A stretch of 64,000 bases of DNA from Alphaproteobacteria bacterium GM202ARS2 (GTDB taxonomy: Bacteria; Pseudomonadota; Alphaproteobacteria; GM7ARS4): positions 59,239-123,238 of the forward strand of contig JACONH010000002.1 in the NCBI GenBank assembly GCA_014323835.1, written 5' to 3'. The notes beneath the pieces were generated by a model. That model saw only the letters and a list, made by a program, of their open reading frames with translations, was not told the origin of the DNA and did no database searches. Below, in pieces: positions 18,001-27,841 of this stretch (its first letter is position 1; each line of letters begins with the position of its first letter). Both the position numbers and the translations under genes were made by a program.

Positions 18001-19766
18001 AGGCAGGGGCTATCGGCAACAAGGTAAGGTCTGTCGTGGCTGTCTGCCGACTGAAACAAAGGCAGGCGCGCACCAAGATGAGTCCGAAGCGACATAACCA
18101 GATGTTCTCGCAACGGATCGATGGCGGGGTTGGTGACTTGGGCGAAACGCTGCTTGAAGGCAGAAAAAAGCGACAAAGGATGGGCAGATAAAGCCGATGG
18201 CGGCGAATCAACACCCATAGAGCCAATGGGCTCCGCACCTGTGCGCATCATCGGCTCGAGATAAAACGTGATGTCCTCACGGGTGTAGCCAAAATGACGA
18301 TGACGATTGAGCAAATCCGCACCCGTAAGATTTGTCGGGGGGGGTGGGGACGTATCCTTTTTGCCGTGCGATGTTAGGGTGTTAAGCGGTATCGCATGGC
18401 GGTGGAGGGCTTGTTGCCAGTCGTGTTGGCGACTCAGTTGGTCTTTTATCAGGCTATCATCGATGAGTTGTTTTTTGTCTAGGTCGATGAGGAGCATTTT
18501 GCCGGGTTGCAGCCGCCATTTCTGGCGGATAGCCTCGTCGGGGATGTTGGCGATGACGCCGGCTTCTGAGGCGAGAATGACGTGGTCGTCTTTTGTGATG
18601 ATATAGCGGGCGGGACGCAAGCCGTTGCGGTCGAGGATAGCCCCGATGTGTTTGCCATCGGTGAAGGCAACGGCAGCGGGCCCGTCCCATGGCTCCATTT
18701 TGGCAGCGTGGTAGGCATAAAAGGCTTTTTTGTCGGCAGGCATGTGACGGGCGTTTTGCCACGCCTCAGGGATAAGAGTCATCATGGCGTGCGGCAACGA
18801 GTAGCCCCCATGCACCATAAATTCGAGGGCTTCATCGAGGGCTGCCGAGTCCGACAAACCTTCGGTGATAATCGGTTGAATGTCGGGGCTGCTTTCTTTT
18901 TGCCACAGGCTTCCTTCTAACTGATGCTCCCGGGCGCGCATCCAATTGACGTTGCCACGTAGCGTATTAATCTCGCCATTGTGACAGAGAAAACGGAACG
19001 GCTGAGCCAACGACCAAGACGGAAACGTGTTGGTGGAAAAACGCTGATGCACAAGGGCGATACTGGACGTAAACAAATCATCGCACAGGTCAGGGAAAAA
19101 ATGCGGTAAGTCGTCCGCCATAACCATGCCTTTATAGACGAGGGTGCGACAGGAACTAGAAGCAATATAAAACAACGGGTCGTGTCCGTTCAGTTGATGC
19201 TCGCATTTTTTGCGGATGACATAGAGGAGTCGCTCGAAGTCGTCGGCGCTCGGGTGAGTCTGGCTGTTCTTTTTGATAAAAGCTTGTAAGCAAGCGGGTG
19301 CGTCTTTTTTGAGGGATTCCCCCAGCACTTTGTGGTCGGTAGGCACCACGCGCCACGTCAGGATGTGTTGCCCGCAGTCTCGCACTGCTTTCTCGACAGC
19401 GGTGCGTAACGCCCGTTGCTTGTTCTTATGGCAGAAAGCCATGATGATGCCGTAGTCGCCCGCCTTGAGCGGTTGCTCCAGCTGGCTTGCGAAAAAGGCA
19501 TGGGGAATACGGGTCAAAAGCCCCACGCCATCGCTGGCTTTCGGGTCTGCTCCCACCGCACCCCGATGAGTCACAGAGCACAGAATACTCAAGCCGTCTT
19601 CGACAATACGGCGGGAGGCTTCATTCTTGATATGAGCAATGAAACCAATACCGCACGAGTCTTTCTCGTAAGACGGGTCATAGAGTCCTTGTTTTTTTGC
19701 TCGGTATGTCATAAGCTTCTCTTGGGGCTGGGGCTGGGGGCTTCGGTTGATGGAAAGGGCGGACAT
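14988..19766 (-). CDS. gltB: glutamate synthase (NADPH) large subunit
   Basis: 1592 aa. It has the Ntn amidotransferase Cys (KDSCGIGF), an FMN/3Fe-4S region and a GXGXG C-terminal domain. The start may instead be the internal Met at 19712. It overlaps the gltD start by 25 bp. Confidence 0.95.
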   Translation of the reverse strand: MSALSINRSPQPQPQEKLMTYRAKKQGLYDPSYEKDSCGIGFIAHIKNEASRRIVEDGLSILCSVTHRGAVGADPKASDGVGLLTRIPHAFFASQLEQPLKAGDYGIIMAFCHKNKQRALRTAVEKAVRDCGQHILTWRVVPTDHKVLGESLKKDAPACLQAFIKKNSQTHPSADDFERLLYVIRKKCEHQLNGHDPLFYIASSSCRTLVYKGMVMADDLPHFFPDLCDDLFTSSIALVHQRFSTNTFPSWSLAQPFRFLCHNGEINTLRGNVNWMRAREHQLEGSLWQKESSPDIQPIITEGLSDSAALDEALEFMVHGGYSLPHAMMTLIPEAWQNARHMPADKKAFYAYHAAKMEPWDGPAAVAFTDGKHIGAILDRNGLRPARYIITKDDHVILASEAGVIANIPDEAIRQKWRLQPGKMLLIDLDKKQLIDDSLIKDQLSRQHDWQQALHRHAIPLNTLTSHGKKDTSPPPPTNLTGADLLNRHRHFGYTREDITFYLEPMMRTGAEPIGSMGVDSPPSALSAHPLSLFSAFKQRFAQVTNPAIDPLREHLVMSLRTHLGARLPLFQSADSHDRPYLVADSPCLGVPAINALRHALSQDNKTSHGSGSLSYPRCVTLDSTYDSAGQSLAHALDALQTRAYEASRRHDSLVLIISDKQADSLRTPIPSLLAVSAIHHHLIEQSTRMGVSLIAESGDVREPHHFAVLAGYGADAIHPWLALETVCQLSHQQDDLSDARAQDNYLQACDKALLKIMSKMGISTFQSYCGAQIFDSLGLADSLIDRYFKGTAAPLDGLTLEDIEDDLKARHQRTWNGAEGNNGKGNGAAGHNGKGVSSALMGLDVGGSYAVRVGGDAHAWTSHSIARLQHAVRNNLPEAYLEFAQSINEPLPHLLTIRNMLEPIQTKPLTKPLPLDKVEPASELVKRFATGAMSFGAISHEAHSNLAVAMNRIEGKSNTGEGGEDEARFAPQANGDSARSSIKQVASGRFGVHASYLANADDIQIKICQGAKPGEGGQLPGHKVDSTIAKIRCSTPGVGLISPPPHHDIYSIEDIAQLIFDLKNVNPRARISVKLASLVGVGIVAAGVAKARADHITIAGYEGGTGASPLTSIKHTGLPWEIGLAETQQTLVMNRLRERIVLQVDGGLRSGLDVIIAALLGADEFGFATAPLIASGCLMMRKCHLNTCPVGIATQNPVLRKRFHGTPEHVINYFFFLAEEVRGWLSQLGCATLQELIGRNDKLAVKAMPNHPLAHRCAKLNLRPLLTRATSSHDDRPYHNRQQHHPIDTIIDRTLIKESHATLESRGKEKTRLRIDVGNTDRSLATMLSGEVAQRYGNAGLPDDSIVIDAAGCAGQSCGAFLAAGVTLNLEGEGNDYLGKGLSGGRLAVFPPRTSTRPSHHNVIVGNTVLYGAINGICTIAGIAGERFAVRNSGAIATVEGVGDHGCEYMTGGIVVVLGDYGQNFAAGMSGGIAYVFDPDNAIHKRCNQDMVDIEPYSQWQKSTRALTPSNHVISPQELSAHLLQDDIWRLHTLVQMHERYTASGHGKSLLDQWEKICTQFVKVVPRDLRRALQDSTLTQPQQPWAKSPAS

Positions 19767-19812
19767 TGTAAAATGTGTAACCCATATAATGCAACTCTTT
19801 TAGCAATGTAAC

Positions 19813-20826
19813 GTGTTTATGGCGAGTATGCGGGCAAAGGTTGTCGAAGGACAAGAAGCAAACAGCGACCTGTTGGCTTTGATGCGTTCTGTCGTGCAGA
19901 CAGAAAGCCAAGCCCTCGCTACGCTGGCGGACTCCCTCGACGAGTCGTTGGTCGCCGCCCTGTCCTTGCTCCAAGGCTGTCGCGGACGAATCATCGTAAC
20001 CGCTATCGGCAAAAGCGGCCACATTGCCCGCAAGCTGGCAGCCACGTTGTCCTCTACCGGCACGCCCGCCTATTTCGTCCATGCCGCCGAAGCAGGCCAC
20101 GGCGACCTCGGCATGATCTGCGGCGACGATGTCGTCATGGCTCTGTCCAACTCGGGAAAGAGTAGCGAACTCATGGCGATGGTCGCCTACGTCCGCCGCC
20201 ACGACATTCCCTTGCTGGCTATTTGCGGGGCAGGTGCTGCAAAAACCCTCTTTTGCCAAAGTGCTACGTGCGCCGTTGTGTTACCCTCAGTCGCCGAAGC
20301 CTGTCCCTTGAATTTAGCCCCAACAACCTCCACAACCATGATGTTGGCTCTGGGCGACGCTTTGGCTCTTGCCCTCCTACAATGGCGAGATTTCTCCGCA
20401 GAAGACTTTCGGCGATTCCATCCCGGCGGCGGCTTAGGCGCACGCCTACAAACAGTCGAACAACTCATGCACAGCGGACAAGCCATCCCTATCGTCACCG
20501 CCAACACCATCATGCAAGAAGCCCTCCTCGTCATGACAAGCAAACACTTCGGCTGCCTCGGCGTCATCAACAACAAAGGCGACCTCATCGGCATCATCAC
20601 CGACGGCGACCTGCGCCGCCACATGGCAACAGGAGTCCTCGACAAAACCGCCGAAACCATCATGACAAAAAACCCGCAAACCATCGATGCCCAAGCCCTC
20701 GCCGTTTCAGCCCTACGCCTGATGAATCGCTCGAAAATAACCAGCCTCTTCGTCGTGCAAGGCAAACAACGCAAACCATGCGGTATACTCCACATTCACG
20801 ACTGCCTGCGCGCCGGTATCAGCTAA
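19813..20826 (+). CDS. kpsF: arabinose-5-phosphate isomerase, KpsF/GutQ family (SIS plus tandem CBS)
   Basis: It has the SIS motif GRIIVTAIGKSGHIARK and a C-terminal CBS pair. The track start is a GTG; ATGs at 19819 and 19828 are alternatives. Confidence 0.9.
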   Translation: MFMASMRAKVVEGQEANSDLLALMRSVVQTESQALATLADSLDESLVAALSLLQGCRGRIIVTAIGKSGHIARKLAATLSSTGTPAYFVHAAEAGHGDLGMICGDDVVMALSNSGKSSELMAMVAYVRRHDIPLLAICGAGAAKTLFCQSATCAVVLPSVAEACPLNLAPTTSTTMMLALGDALALALLQWRDFSAEDFRRFHPGGGLGARLQTVEQLMHSGQAIPIVTANTIMQEALLVMTSKHFGCLGVINNKGDLIGIITDGDLRRHMATGVLDKTAETIMTKNPQTIDAQALAVSALRLMNRSKITSLFVVQGKQRKPCGILHIHDCLRAGIS

Positions 20827-20853
20827 CCACCCCCCCCTGACTTCTCTGGCCAC

Positions 20854-21489
20854 ATGACACAGCACAACATCGCCTACAACTCGCAACGGGACAACTACGA
20901 CTTCGACGGACAAATCCCCGGCAACGTCCAGTGCTTCTCAACCTGCATGTGGATGTTACTCTCGGCATTTGCCAAAAGTATCAAAGCTAACGATGATAAC
21001 GGTCTCCTAGACTACGTAGACGACGTGGAATCCAGCGTTGGCGACAGCGGCACCGCCGAAGACGTGATGCGCCAAGACCAAGCCATTGCTGATGCCGTTG
21101 CCTCAGGTATCGACTCGATGTTCTTCTGGCAGATTCACCAAAAAGCCTTTCGCCCTTTTCTTATCAAACACGGTGTCTCCAACGTAGACTGTGTTTTTTC
21201 CACTCAAGAAAGAACATTTGCTCAGCTGGACGACATTTTAGCCTCTAGCCCGGTTGTGCTTGGCACACGTAAACTTGGCGGAATCAAAGGCGGCCACGTT
21301 ATCTTGCTGTTAGGTAAGCACCCAGAGAAAAACGGCTATTGGGTTCACGATCCTTTCGGTGACGCTCGCACCCGTTATCGCAACACCAACGGCGCGCACG
21401 TGTTTTACTCCAAAAAACGCCTTCTTATGCACGCCACAGATGACGGCAAGACAGCTAAAAGATGTATCTACGGGGTTAAACTGTGGTGA
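20854..21489 (+). CDS. papain-fold cysteine peptidase-like protein (C39-like / Peptidase_C39_2-type), no signal peptide
   Basis: It has a YNSQRDN...QCFSTCMWML N-terminal motif (SQRDN followed by a candidate nucleophile Cys), then GGHVILLLG and VHDPFGD as candidate His/Asp. The assignment rests on motif resemblance only. Confidence 0.5.
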   Translation: MTQHNIAYNSQRDNYDFDGQIPGNVQCFSTCMWMLLSAFAKSIKANDDNGLLDYVDDVESSVGDSGTAEDVMRQDQAIADAVASGIDSMFFWQIHQKAFRPFLIKHGVSNVDCVFSTQERTFAQLDDILASSPVVLGTRKLGGIKGGHVILLLGKHPEKNGYWVHDPFGDARTRYRNTNGAHVFYSKKRLLMHATDDGKTAKRCIYGVKLW

Positions 21490-21500
21490 CACCTCCTACC

Positions 21501-22784
21501 CTAGTCGCTCTCTTTGTCATTAGCGGGAGTCTCTAGGGGTTTCATGTGTAGCTTGATAACTTTTTTCGGTGTTGCCACCAGCACCGTGAATTCGAAGCCA
21601 TAAAAGCGAAAACGCTGGTGACGCTTGGGCACAGTGCGGGTTTCATTCATTATCAAGCCCGCTATTGTCGCGGCATGCTCGTCAGGGAGCTGCCAACTCA
21701 GCGCGCGGTTAATGTCGCGGATGGCGATGTGTCCTTCCACGACGATACTGCCGTCTTTTCGTTTGCTGATACCCGGCGAGGGATGATCGAATTCGTCTCG
21801 AATATCGCCGACAATTTCTTCCAGAACATCTTCCAGCGTGACGATGCCGCGCAGTGTGCCGTATTCGTCTACCACCATAGCCATGTGTTCTTTTTTGACT
21901 TGGAAGGCACGTAGCTGGTGCAACAGGGACGTGCTTTCCGGGATGAACCACGGCGGCGATAGGTCTTTCAGCAACTGGGCTTTATCTTTGCGGGCGCGGT
22001 AGTCATTCTTGAGAATGTTTTTGACGTGCAAGATACCGATGATGTTGTCGCTTCTGCCTTTGGTGATAGGAATACGCATGTGCGGACACTGCACTGCTTT
22101 GTCAATCAGCGTCCGGATATCGAGATTCTCATCGAGGGTAAAGACATCTTGCCGATGCACCATGATATCTTCCACCGGCACATCATCGAGGTCGAGAATG
22201 TTTTTCAGCATATCGCTTTCATCGATGGTCTCTTGACTTTGGGCGTGCAGGTCGATAGCCCCCAGCAGTTCTTCTTCGTCTTTTTCGGTTTGCTGGGTGG
22301 TGCTCTTCGGCGTGAAGGGATAGAGCATAACCAGCACCATGACATAAGCCAGACGAGCAAAAGGTGACAAAAGAATCACCATCGTGTTCAGCACCGGGGC
22401 AACAAACAACGCCAGCTGATTAGGATTACGCAGCGCGTATGTTTTCGGCAACGTCTCGGCAAAAACAACAATCAGTGCCGACATAACTACAGTGGCAAGA
22501 AACACGCCGGTTTCTTCGCCATACAGCGTAATAAACAGACTAGCAGCAAGGGCAGAGGCGAGGGTGTTGACGACATTGTTCGCCAAGAGCAACGTGCTGA
22601 TGACTCGTTCTCGGTCTTGGCGTAACTTTTCCACCAGTTGCGCTCGTTTTTTGCCTTGCTTCGCCCAGCGATGCAGCCGCGAGCGCGAGGCACCCGTCAT
22701 AGCCGTTTCCGTCCCAGACAAAAAGCCCGATATCAGCAACAAAACCACAATGGCAATGATAACGACATTCATCGAGGGGCTCAT
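21501..22784 (-). CDS. CNNM/HlyC/CorC-family transporter (DUF21 plus CBS pair plus CorC_HlyC)
   Basis: It has N-terminal TM helices (FLSGTETAMT motif), a CBS pair and a C-terminal CorC domain. The start at the ATG at 22784 overlaps the aroB stop (ATGA); the track ORF extends to 22820. Confidence 0.85.
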   Translation of the reverse strand: MSPSMNVVIIAIVVLLLISGFLSGTETAMTGASRSRLHRWAKQGKKRAQLVEKLRQDRERVISTLLLANNVVNTLASALAASLFITLYGEETGVFLATVVMSALIVVFAETLPKTYALRNPNQLALFVAPVLNTMVILLSPFARLAYVMVLVMLYPFTPKSTTQQTEKDEEELLGAIDLHAQSQETIDESDMLKNILDLDDVPVEDIMVHRQDVFTLDENLDIRTLIDKAVQCPHMRIPITKGRSDNIIGILHVKNILKNDYRARKDKAQLLKDLSPPWFIPESTSLLHQLRAFQVKKEHMAMVVDEYGTLRGIVTLEDVLEEIVGDIRDEFDHPSPGISKRKDGSIVVEGHIAIRDINRALSWQLPDEHAATIAGLIMNETRTVPKRHQRFRFYGFEFTVLVATPKKVIKLHMKPLETPANDKESD

Positions 22785-23935
22785 GACAGACTCCCGTTGC
22801 TGGCAAGAAACCGCGTCCACACAGCACGTAACGCTTCAGGCGGGCAGTTCTTGTAAATAAACGCATCGCCTATGGCGCGCAGGGCAATGACGTTAAAGTG
22901 GGCACCGACATTTTTTTTATCTCGTGCCATTGTCGCCATAAGGTCGTCAACCCGCAAAGCAGACGTATCGATGGCAACAGGAGGCAACAGGTCAAGAGAC
23001 GCAAGATGGTCGGTTAGAGTCTTTTCCAGCTGGGGGTCTTGCGCGATGCCTAACTGCCGTGACAGACGCGCCGCCAAGACGATACCGATGATGACGGCTT
23101 CCCCATGCAACAAGGTATCGCTGTAGCCGTAGGCGGACTCGAGGGCGTGGGCAAAGCTATGCCCCAAATTCAGCAAGGCACGCACACCGTGTTCGGTTTC
23201 ATCTTGCAGGACGATGTCGGCTTTCTTGCGGGCACAGTGGGCGACCGCATAGCGAGTCGCATCCGAATTCGGCTCGTTAAGGAGACTCTTGCCGTTATGC
23301 TGAAGCCACTGGAAAAAAGGCGGGTCGTTGATACAGGCATATTTCAGCACCTCACCATAGCCGGCTATCATCTGGCGGCGCGGCAGAGACGCCAGTGTTG
23401 CACTATCGGCAATGACCAGATGGGGCTGATAGAACGTGCCAATCAGGTTTTTGCCACTGGCAGCGTTGATGGCGGTTTTACCGCCAATGGCACTATCTAC
23501 GTGTGCCAGCAAGGTTGTCGGCACATGCACCAGAGGCAAGCCCCGCAACAAAATACTGGCGGCAAATCCGCCCAAGTCGCCGATGACGCCGCCCCCGACC
23601 GCTATCACCAGCGTCTTGCGGTCGATGCCCGCCGATAAGGCGCGGGTGCATAATGCTTCTAGGGCAGAAAAAGATTTGCTCCCTTCGCCCGCAGGCACAA
23701 CGTGCTTGATAACGTTATAGGCTCGCAACGCCGTATCGATGCGCGCGCCGTAATGGGTCTCGACCGCGGAATCATAGAGCAACAGAACCTTGCGTTCGGG
23801 TGTCAGCACCCCCGCGCCGTGCGTCTCTATAAGCACAGGTAACCTATCGAGAAAGCCACTGCCCACCAGAATCCCACAGCGGTGCTTATCCTTAAAGTCG
23901 AGCCAGATCGGTTGCGGGGCAGAGCTATCAGGCAT
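22781..23935 (-). CDS. aroB: 3-dehydroquinate synthase
   Basis: It has the GGGVIGDLGGFAA NAD-binding motif and metal-ligand His residues (LNLGHSFAHALE). It overlaps aroK. Confidence 0.92.
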   Translation of the reverse strand: MPDSSAPQPIWLDFKDKHRCGILVGSGFLDRLPVLIETHGAGVLTPERKVLLLYDSAVETHYGARIDTALRAYNVIKHVVPAGEGSKSFSALEALCTRALSAGIDRKTLVIAVGGGVIGDLGGFAASILLRGLPLVHVPTTLLAHVDSAIGGKTAINAASGKNLIGTFYQPHLVIADSATLASLPRRQMIAGYGEVLKYACINDPPFFQWLQHNGKSLLNEPNSDATRYAVAHCARKKADIVLQDETEHGVRALLNLGHSFAHALESAYGYSDTLLHGEAVIIGIVLAARLSRQLGIAQDPQLEKTLTDHLASLDLLPPVAIDTSALRVDDLMATMARDKKNVGAHFNVIALRAIGDAFIYKNCPPEALRAVWTRFLASNGSLS

Positions 23936-24443
23936 ATGTTTCAGCCGTGTGGATGATGGTATCGATGATACGTTGGCTTGTCATTGTCCCGACATCGATG
24001 CGGTGGTGGGCTTTCTGGTAGGTGCCTTGGCGGGCATGATAGAGAGTCTCTAGATCATCGTGCAAGGGACGTTCTGCTTTGCTTTTTGCCAGTCGCGTCT
24101 GAAGAACCGTCAGCGGCACATCCAACCACACAGTATACGTGTCTTGTAACAGGCGGTCCCGCACCTGCCCAGTCATAAACGCCCCACCGCCAACGGCAAG
24201 GACGTAGGGGGGCTGTTCGTCCGCAAGAAGGGCAAGGATAACCCGCGCTTCGATGGTGCGAAAATGCCCTTCGCCCTGTTCGTCAAAGAGTTGCGCGATG
24301 GTCTTGTGGGTCTCCTCGCAGATACGCTCATCGCTATCGATGAAGGGACACCCCCAGCGGTCTGCCAATCGTTTACCAATGGTGGTCTTACCTGCTCCCA
24401 TCATGCCAACCAGCACAAAAGGCTTACACGGGTGCAACGTCAT
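23928..24443 (-). CDS. aroK: shikimate kinase
   Basis: It has the Walker A motif GMMGAGKTTIGKRLA and forms an aroK-aroB operon. Confidence 0.92.
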   Translation of the reverse strand: MTLHPCKPFVLVGMMGAGKTTIGKRLADRWGCPFIDSDERICEETHKTIAQLFDEQGEGHFRTIEARVILALLADEQPPYVLAVGGGAFMTGQVRDRLLQDTYTVWLDVPLTVLQTRLAKSKAERPLHDDLETLYHARQGTYQKAHHRIDVGTMTSQRIIDTIIHTAETYA

Positions 24444-25906
24444 GAGGGGATGACAGGTATCTTACGGGTCAAAAAGGAAGGCAGATGCCCCGTCGATGCC
24501 GTAGCGGTCGCGTCCGTGCTATCGCTTTTGCCTCTTGCCTGTTGAGCCCCACGTTGCGATACGGGTTGCCCCTGTTGTGATGTCCGTCCCTCCCGTTGCT
24601 GTCGCCCGTCATACTTGCCTTTTCCTCGTCTTCTCGCGCTGCCTTTTCCTGCTCCCCCTTCTCTTGTCAGCTGTGCCGTCTGTTTACGTTGAGCGGGAGC
24701 GGGAGCGCGGGAGGCGGGTCGGGCGGGTTGTCCCTCAGCGGTTTCATCGGCGTAACGTTGAAACTGGGCGCGAGACAAACTTAAAGGTGACGAAAGCAAC
24801 TGAAACTCGAGGGTATTGATAACCAGCAACTTTTCAATCGCTGTCAGCAACGTGTTTTCTTGCGGTGTAGCGAGGGTAATCGACCGCCCGCGCTCACCGG
24901 CTCTGCCGGTGCGTCCCGAGCGATGAATGTAGTCTTCCGCCGCAAAAGGCACATCGTAGTTAATGACGTGCGAGAGATTCTGCACATCGATACCACGAGC
25001 CATAACATTACTGGCAACGAGAATCTTAATCTGTCCCTGCCTGAAGCGTGCCAGAATATCGTAGCGTTTGTTTTGGTCGATATCGCCATGAATGGCGGTC
25101 GCACCGGTATTCTGCTTTTGCAGCTGGGAGACAAGGGCATCGATATCTTTTTTTCTGTTGCAGAAAATAATCGCGCTGTGAATGTTCTCTTGTTGAATCG
25201 TGGTGAGCAACGTGGACAGCTTATCCCGCGGCTGCACCAGAGAAAGAACGTGTTCAACGTTGGCGGTCGCACTGGACGGCGGGGCTGCCGACAGCTCTTT
25301 GGGCTCGTGCAGAAACGATGTCGCGAGCCGACGAATGTCTTGTGGCATGGTTGCCGAGAACAAAAGGGTCTGGCGTTGCTTGGGTAACATCTGCAGAATT
25401 TTCTCGATATCCTTAAGAAAGCCCATATCCATCATCATATCGGCTTCATCGATGACGCATATGGTGATGCCAATCATCAGGACGTGCCCTCGTTCTGCCA
25501 TATCCATGAGTCGCCCTGGCGTGGCAATCAGCAGGTGATTGGGTTTTTTCAGCTGCTTTTCTTGTGCCGCCATCAGCGTGCCACCCGTCAGTTGAGCGTA
25601 TGAAACCGCGTGCTTGTGGGCTTGTTTGTCCACGTCACTGGCGATTTGCTGGGCAAGCTCGCGAGTGGGGGTCAGAATCAAGGCTTTCGGCATACGCACT
25701 TTCGCGCTCTGCTCGTGGAGAATATCGATAATCGGCAACGTAAACGATGCTGTTTTGCCTGTGCCGGTTTGCGCACAAGCAATGACATCGCGCCCCATCA
25801 GCACTTGCGGAATCACCAGCCGTTGTATCGGCGTCGGTTTGTGATAGGATAACGAAGACAGAGTCGATAGAAGTGTCTCGCTGAGACCGAGGTGGCGGAA
25901 ACTCAT
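24440..25906 (-). CDS. rhlE: DEAD-box ATP-dependent RNA helicase (RhlE-like) with a basic Arg/Gly/Gln-rich C-terminal tail
   Basis: It has a Q-motif (PTPIQ), AQTGTGKT, DEAD, SAT and HRSGRTGRAG motifs. Confidence 0.9.
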   Translation of the reverse strand: MSFRHLGLSETLLSTLSSLSYHKPTPIQRLVIPQVLMGRDVIACAQTGTGKTASFTLPIIDILHEQSAKVRMPKALILTPTRELAQQIASDVDKQAHKHAVSYAQLTGGTLMAAQEKQLKKPNHLLIATPGRLMDMAERGHVLMIGITICVIDEADMMMDMGFLKDIEKILQMLPKQRQTLLFSATMPQDIRRLATSFLHEPKELSAAPPSSATANVEHVLSLVQPRDKLSTLLTTIQQENIHSAIIFCNRKKDIDALVSQLQKQNTGATAIHGDIDQNKRYDILARFRQGQIKILVASNVMARGIDVQNLSHVINYDVPFAAEDYIHRSGRTGRAGERGRSITLATPQENTLLTAIEKLLVINTLEFQLLSSPLSLSRAQFQRYADETAEGQPARPASRAPAPAQRKQTAQLTREGGAGKGSARRRGKGKYDGRQQREGRTSQQGQPVSQRGAQQARGKSDSTDATATASTGHLPSFLTRKIPVIPS

Positions 25907-26095
25907 GAAAAATAGGTTACGGGCAAAAACGGATATGTAATGAGAAAAACGCTCATGGTATCTATATAGGAGCTCAAAGGCGGTTAGGCAAGGATTATGT
26001 GCAACAAAAAAGGCGAGTTATTGTGTCCGCAAGGAGTCTCGGCATTGGGCGCGCCGTGGCACCGACGCTGGTGCGATGAAAACACCGAGCGCACC

Positions 26096-27841
26096 ATGAT
26101 GCAACGCTATGACCTATCGACGCTGGCTGCTCGAGTCCTCACCGGGCGCGCCGTCGATGGCACGCTGGCAAACGATACGGATGACGATAGCCTTGACCGA
26201 CTCGATGGCGCGGGGCTCGATAGCACCAGCGAAACAACGGGTGTTCCCTTCATGGCACAAGCTGCTGAACGTATCGCCAGCGCCATAAAAAAGGGCAAAC
26301 GTATCGGTATCATAACCGATTATGATGTGGACGGGGCTTCGGCAGCTGCTGTTCTGTGCCACTATTTGCGCGACGTAGCCGATATGCAGCTGGACACACA
26401 TATATATGTGTACGTCCCCGACCGATTGAAAGAAGGATTTGGGCCTAATGAGAACGCTTTAGCCCAGTTGTCTGCTGATGGTGTCGAGGTGCTGTTTGTC
26501 CTCGATTGTGGCAGTAATGCTTATGCGTTGTTGGGGGGGCTGGATGATAAGACTGTGGTGATTATCGACCACCACCAGCTGTGGCGGCGGGATTGGGGGC
26601 AAGGAGGGGAACAGGAACAGGGCTGTTGGCTTGTCAATCCGCATAATAGGGACATAACCGAAGACAAGCCTTTCATCGATGCTTGTGCCGCGGTGTTGGT
26701 GTTTTTGTTTGTTTTGGCGGTCAATCGCTGTTTGCGGGCAGAGGGCGGCGGCATCGATGAGGCGCGCCTACGGCTTTATAGTGGCTTCGTGGCGTTGGCG
26801 GTCGTCTGTGATATGGTGCCGATGCGGGCTTATAATCATCGGTTAGCGAGGGAGGGCTTGCGGGTGTTGAACAGTCAGGAGGCACAGGATTGTTACAGCG
26901 GCGTGCGGGCTTTGTGGCGGTTGTGTCAGCGGGGCGGCGCACTGGACGAAGACGGCATTGCCTTTGCCTTGGGTCCTCGCTTGAATGCCGGCAGTCGAAT
27001 GGGGCAATCCCGCTATGCTTTTGAGGTGATGATGGGGGGACAAGACGCACAGGCAAAAGCCGAGAGTCTCGATACGCTCAATCAGCACCGCCGCCGTGTG
27101 CAAGAGGAAGCAACCCAACGACTCAAAGACGACCCCGCCGCGGTCGTCTGGGATGACAAAGGGGCTGTCGGCTGTATCGGGTTGGTGGCAGCTGCTCGTG
27201 CTCGTATGACGCACAAGCCGTCTTTTGTTTTTGCGCCGCGCTCCGATGGCTTGTGGGTGGGTTCGGCGCGTCATAGCGGACAGAATGGCTGTGATATCGG
27301 GGCATGGGTGCATGAGGCGACCGAACAGGGCGTGCTTAAGGGTGGCGGTGGACATGCTGCTGCCGCCGGCATGCAAGCACAGGATATCGACCAGCTGCGA
27401 GACTTTCGTCAATTTATCGACAAGAAAATGCAGGACGTGACGTTCGCCCCTGCCCCTGTATTGGTGGATGGGGTTCTTGGCTTGCCTTTGGAGACCAACA
27501 AGCCTGCGCTCAACTTTGCGTTGTGGCAAGACCTTCAGCGTCTACGTCCGTGGGGTCGGGCTTATGGGCAACCGCACTTTATGCTGTGTGGCGTTGTTCT
27601 GGAATACATTCGTTTTATGGGCGAGGGCAAACACTTGAGCTGTCGTCTGCGCGCCCACAACGGCAGAGGCGGCACAGTGGAAGGCACTGTCTTCGACTGC
27701 CATGCCACACCCTTGGGGGCTTTTTTGGAGGCAAAACGAGGTGCCATCATCGACGTGGTCGGCGTGGTTGCTTGTGATTCCTATGGTGGCTACAACCGCT
27801 TGCGGTTGCAGATAGAGGATGCTCGCCCGGTTACCCTCTAG
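26096..27841 (+). CDS. recJ: single-stranded-DNA-specific exonuclease RecJ
   Basis: It has DHH-family motifs (ITDYDVDGASAAA, IIDHH) and a DHHA1 GGGHAAAAG motif. I placed the start at the MMQRYDL Met; the track ORF begins at 25997. Confidence 0.9.
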   Translation: MMQRYDLSTLAARVLTGRAVDGTLANDTDDDSLDRLDGAGLDSTSETTGVPFMAQAAERIASAIKKGKRIGIITDYDVDGASAAAVLCHYLRDVADMQLDTHIYVYVPDRLKEGFGPNENALAQLSADGVEVLFVLDCGSNAYALLGGLDDKTVVIIDHHQLWRRDWGQGGEQEQGCWLVNPHNRDITEDKPFIDACAAVLVFLFVLAVNRCLRAEGGGIDEARLRLYSGFVALAVVCDMVPMRAYNHRLAREGLRVLNSQEAQDCYSGVRALWRLCQRGGALDEDGIAFALGPRLNAGSRMGQSRYAFEVMMGGQDAQAKAESLDTLNQHRRRVQEEATQRLKDDPAAVVWDDKGAVGCIGLVAAARARMTHKPSFVFAPRSDGLWVGSARHSGQNGCDIGAWVHEATEQGVLKGGGGHAAAAGMQAQDIDQLRDFRQFIDKKMQDVTFAPAPVLVDGVLGLPLETNKPALNFALWQDLQRLRPWGRAYGQPHFMLCGVVLEYIRFMGEGKHLSCRLRAHNGRGGTVEGTVFDCHATPLGAFLEAKRGAIIDVVGVVACDSYGGYNRLRLQIEDARPVTL

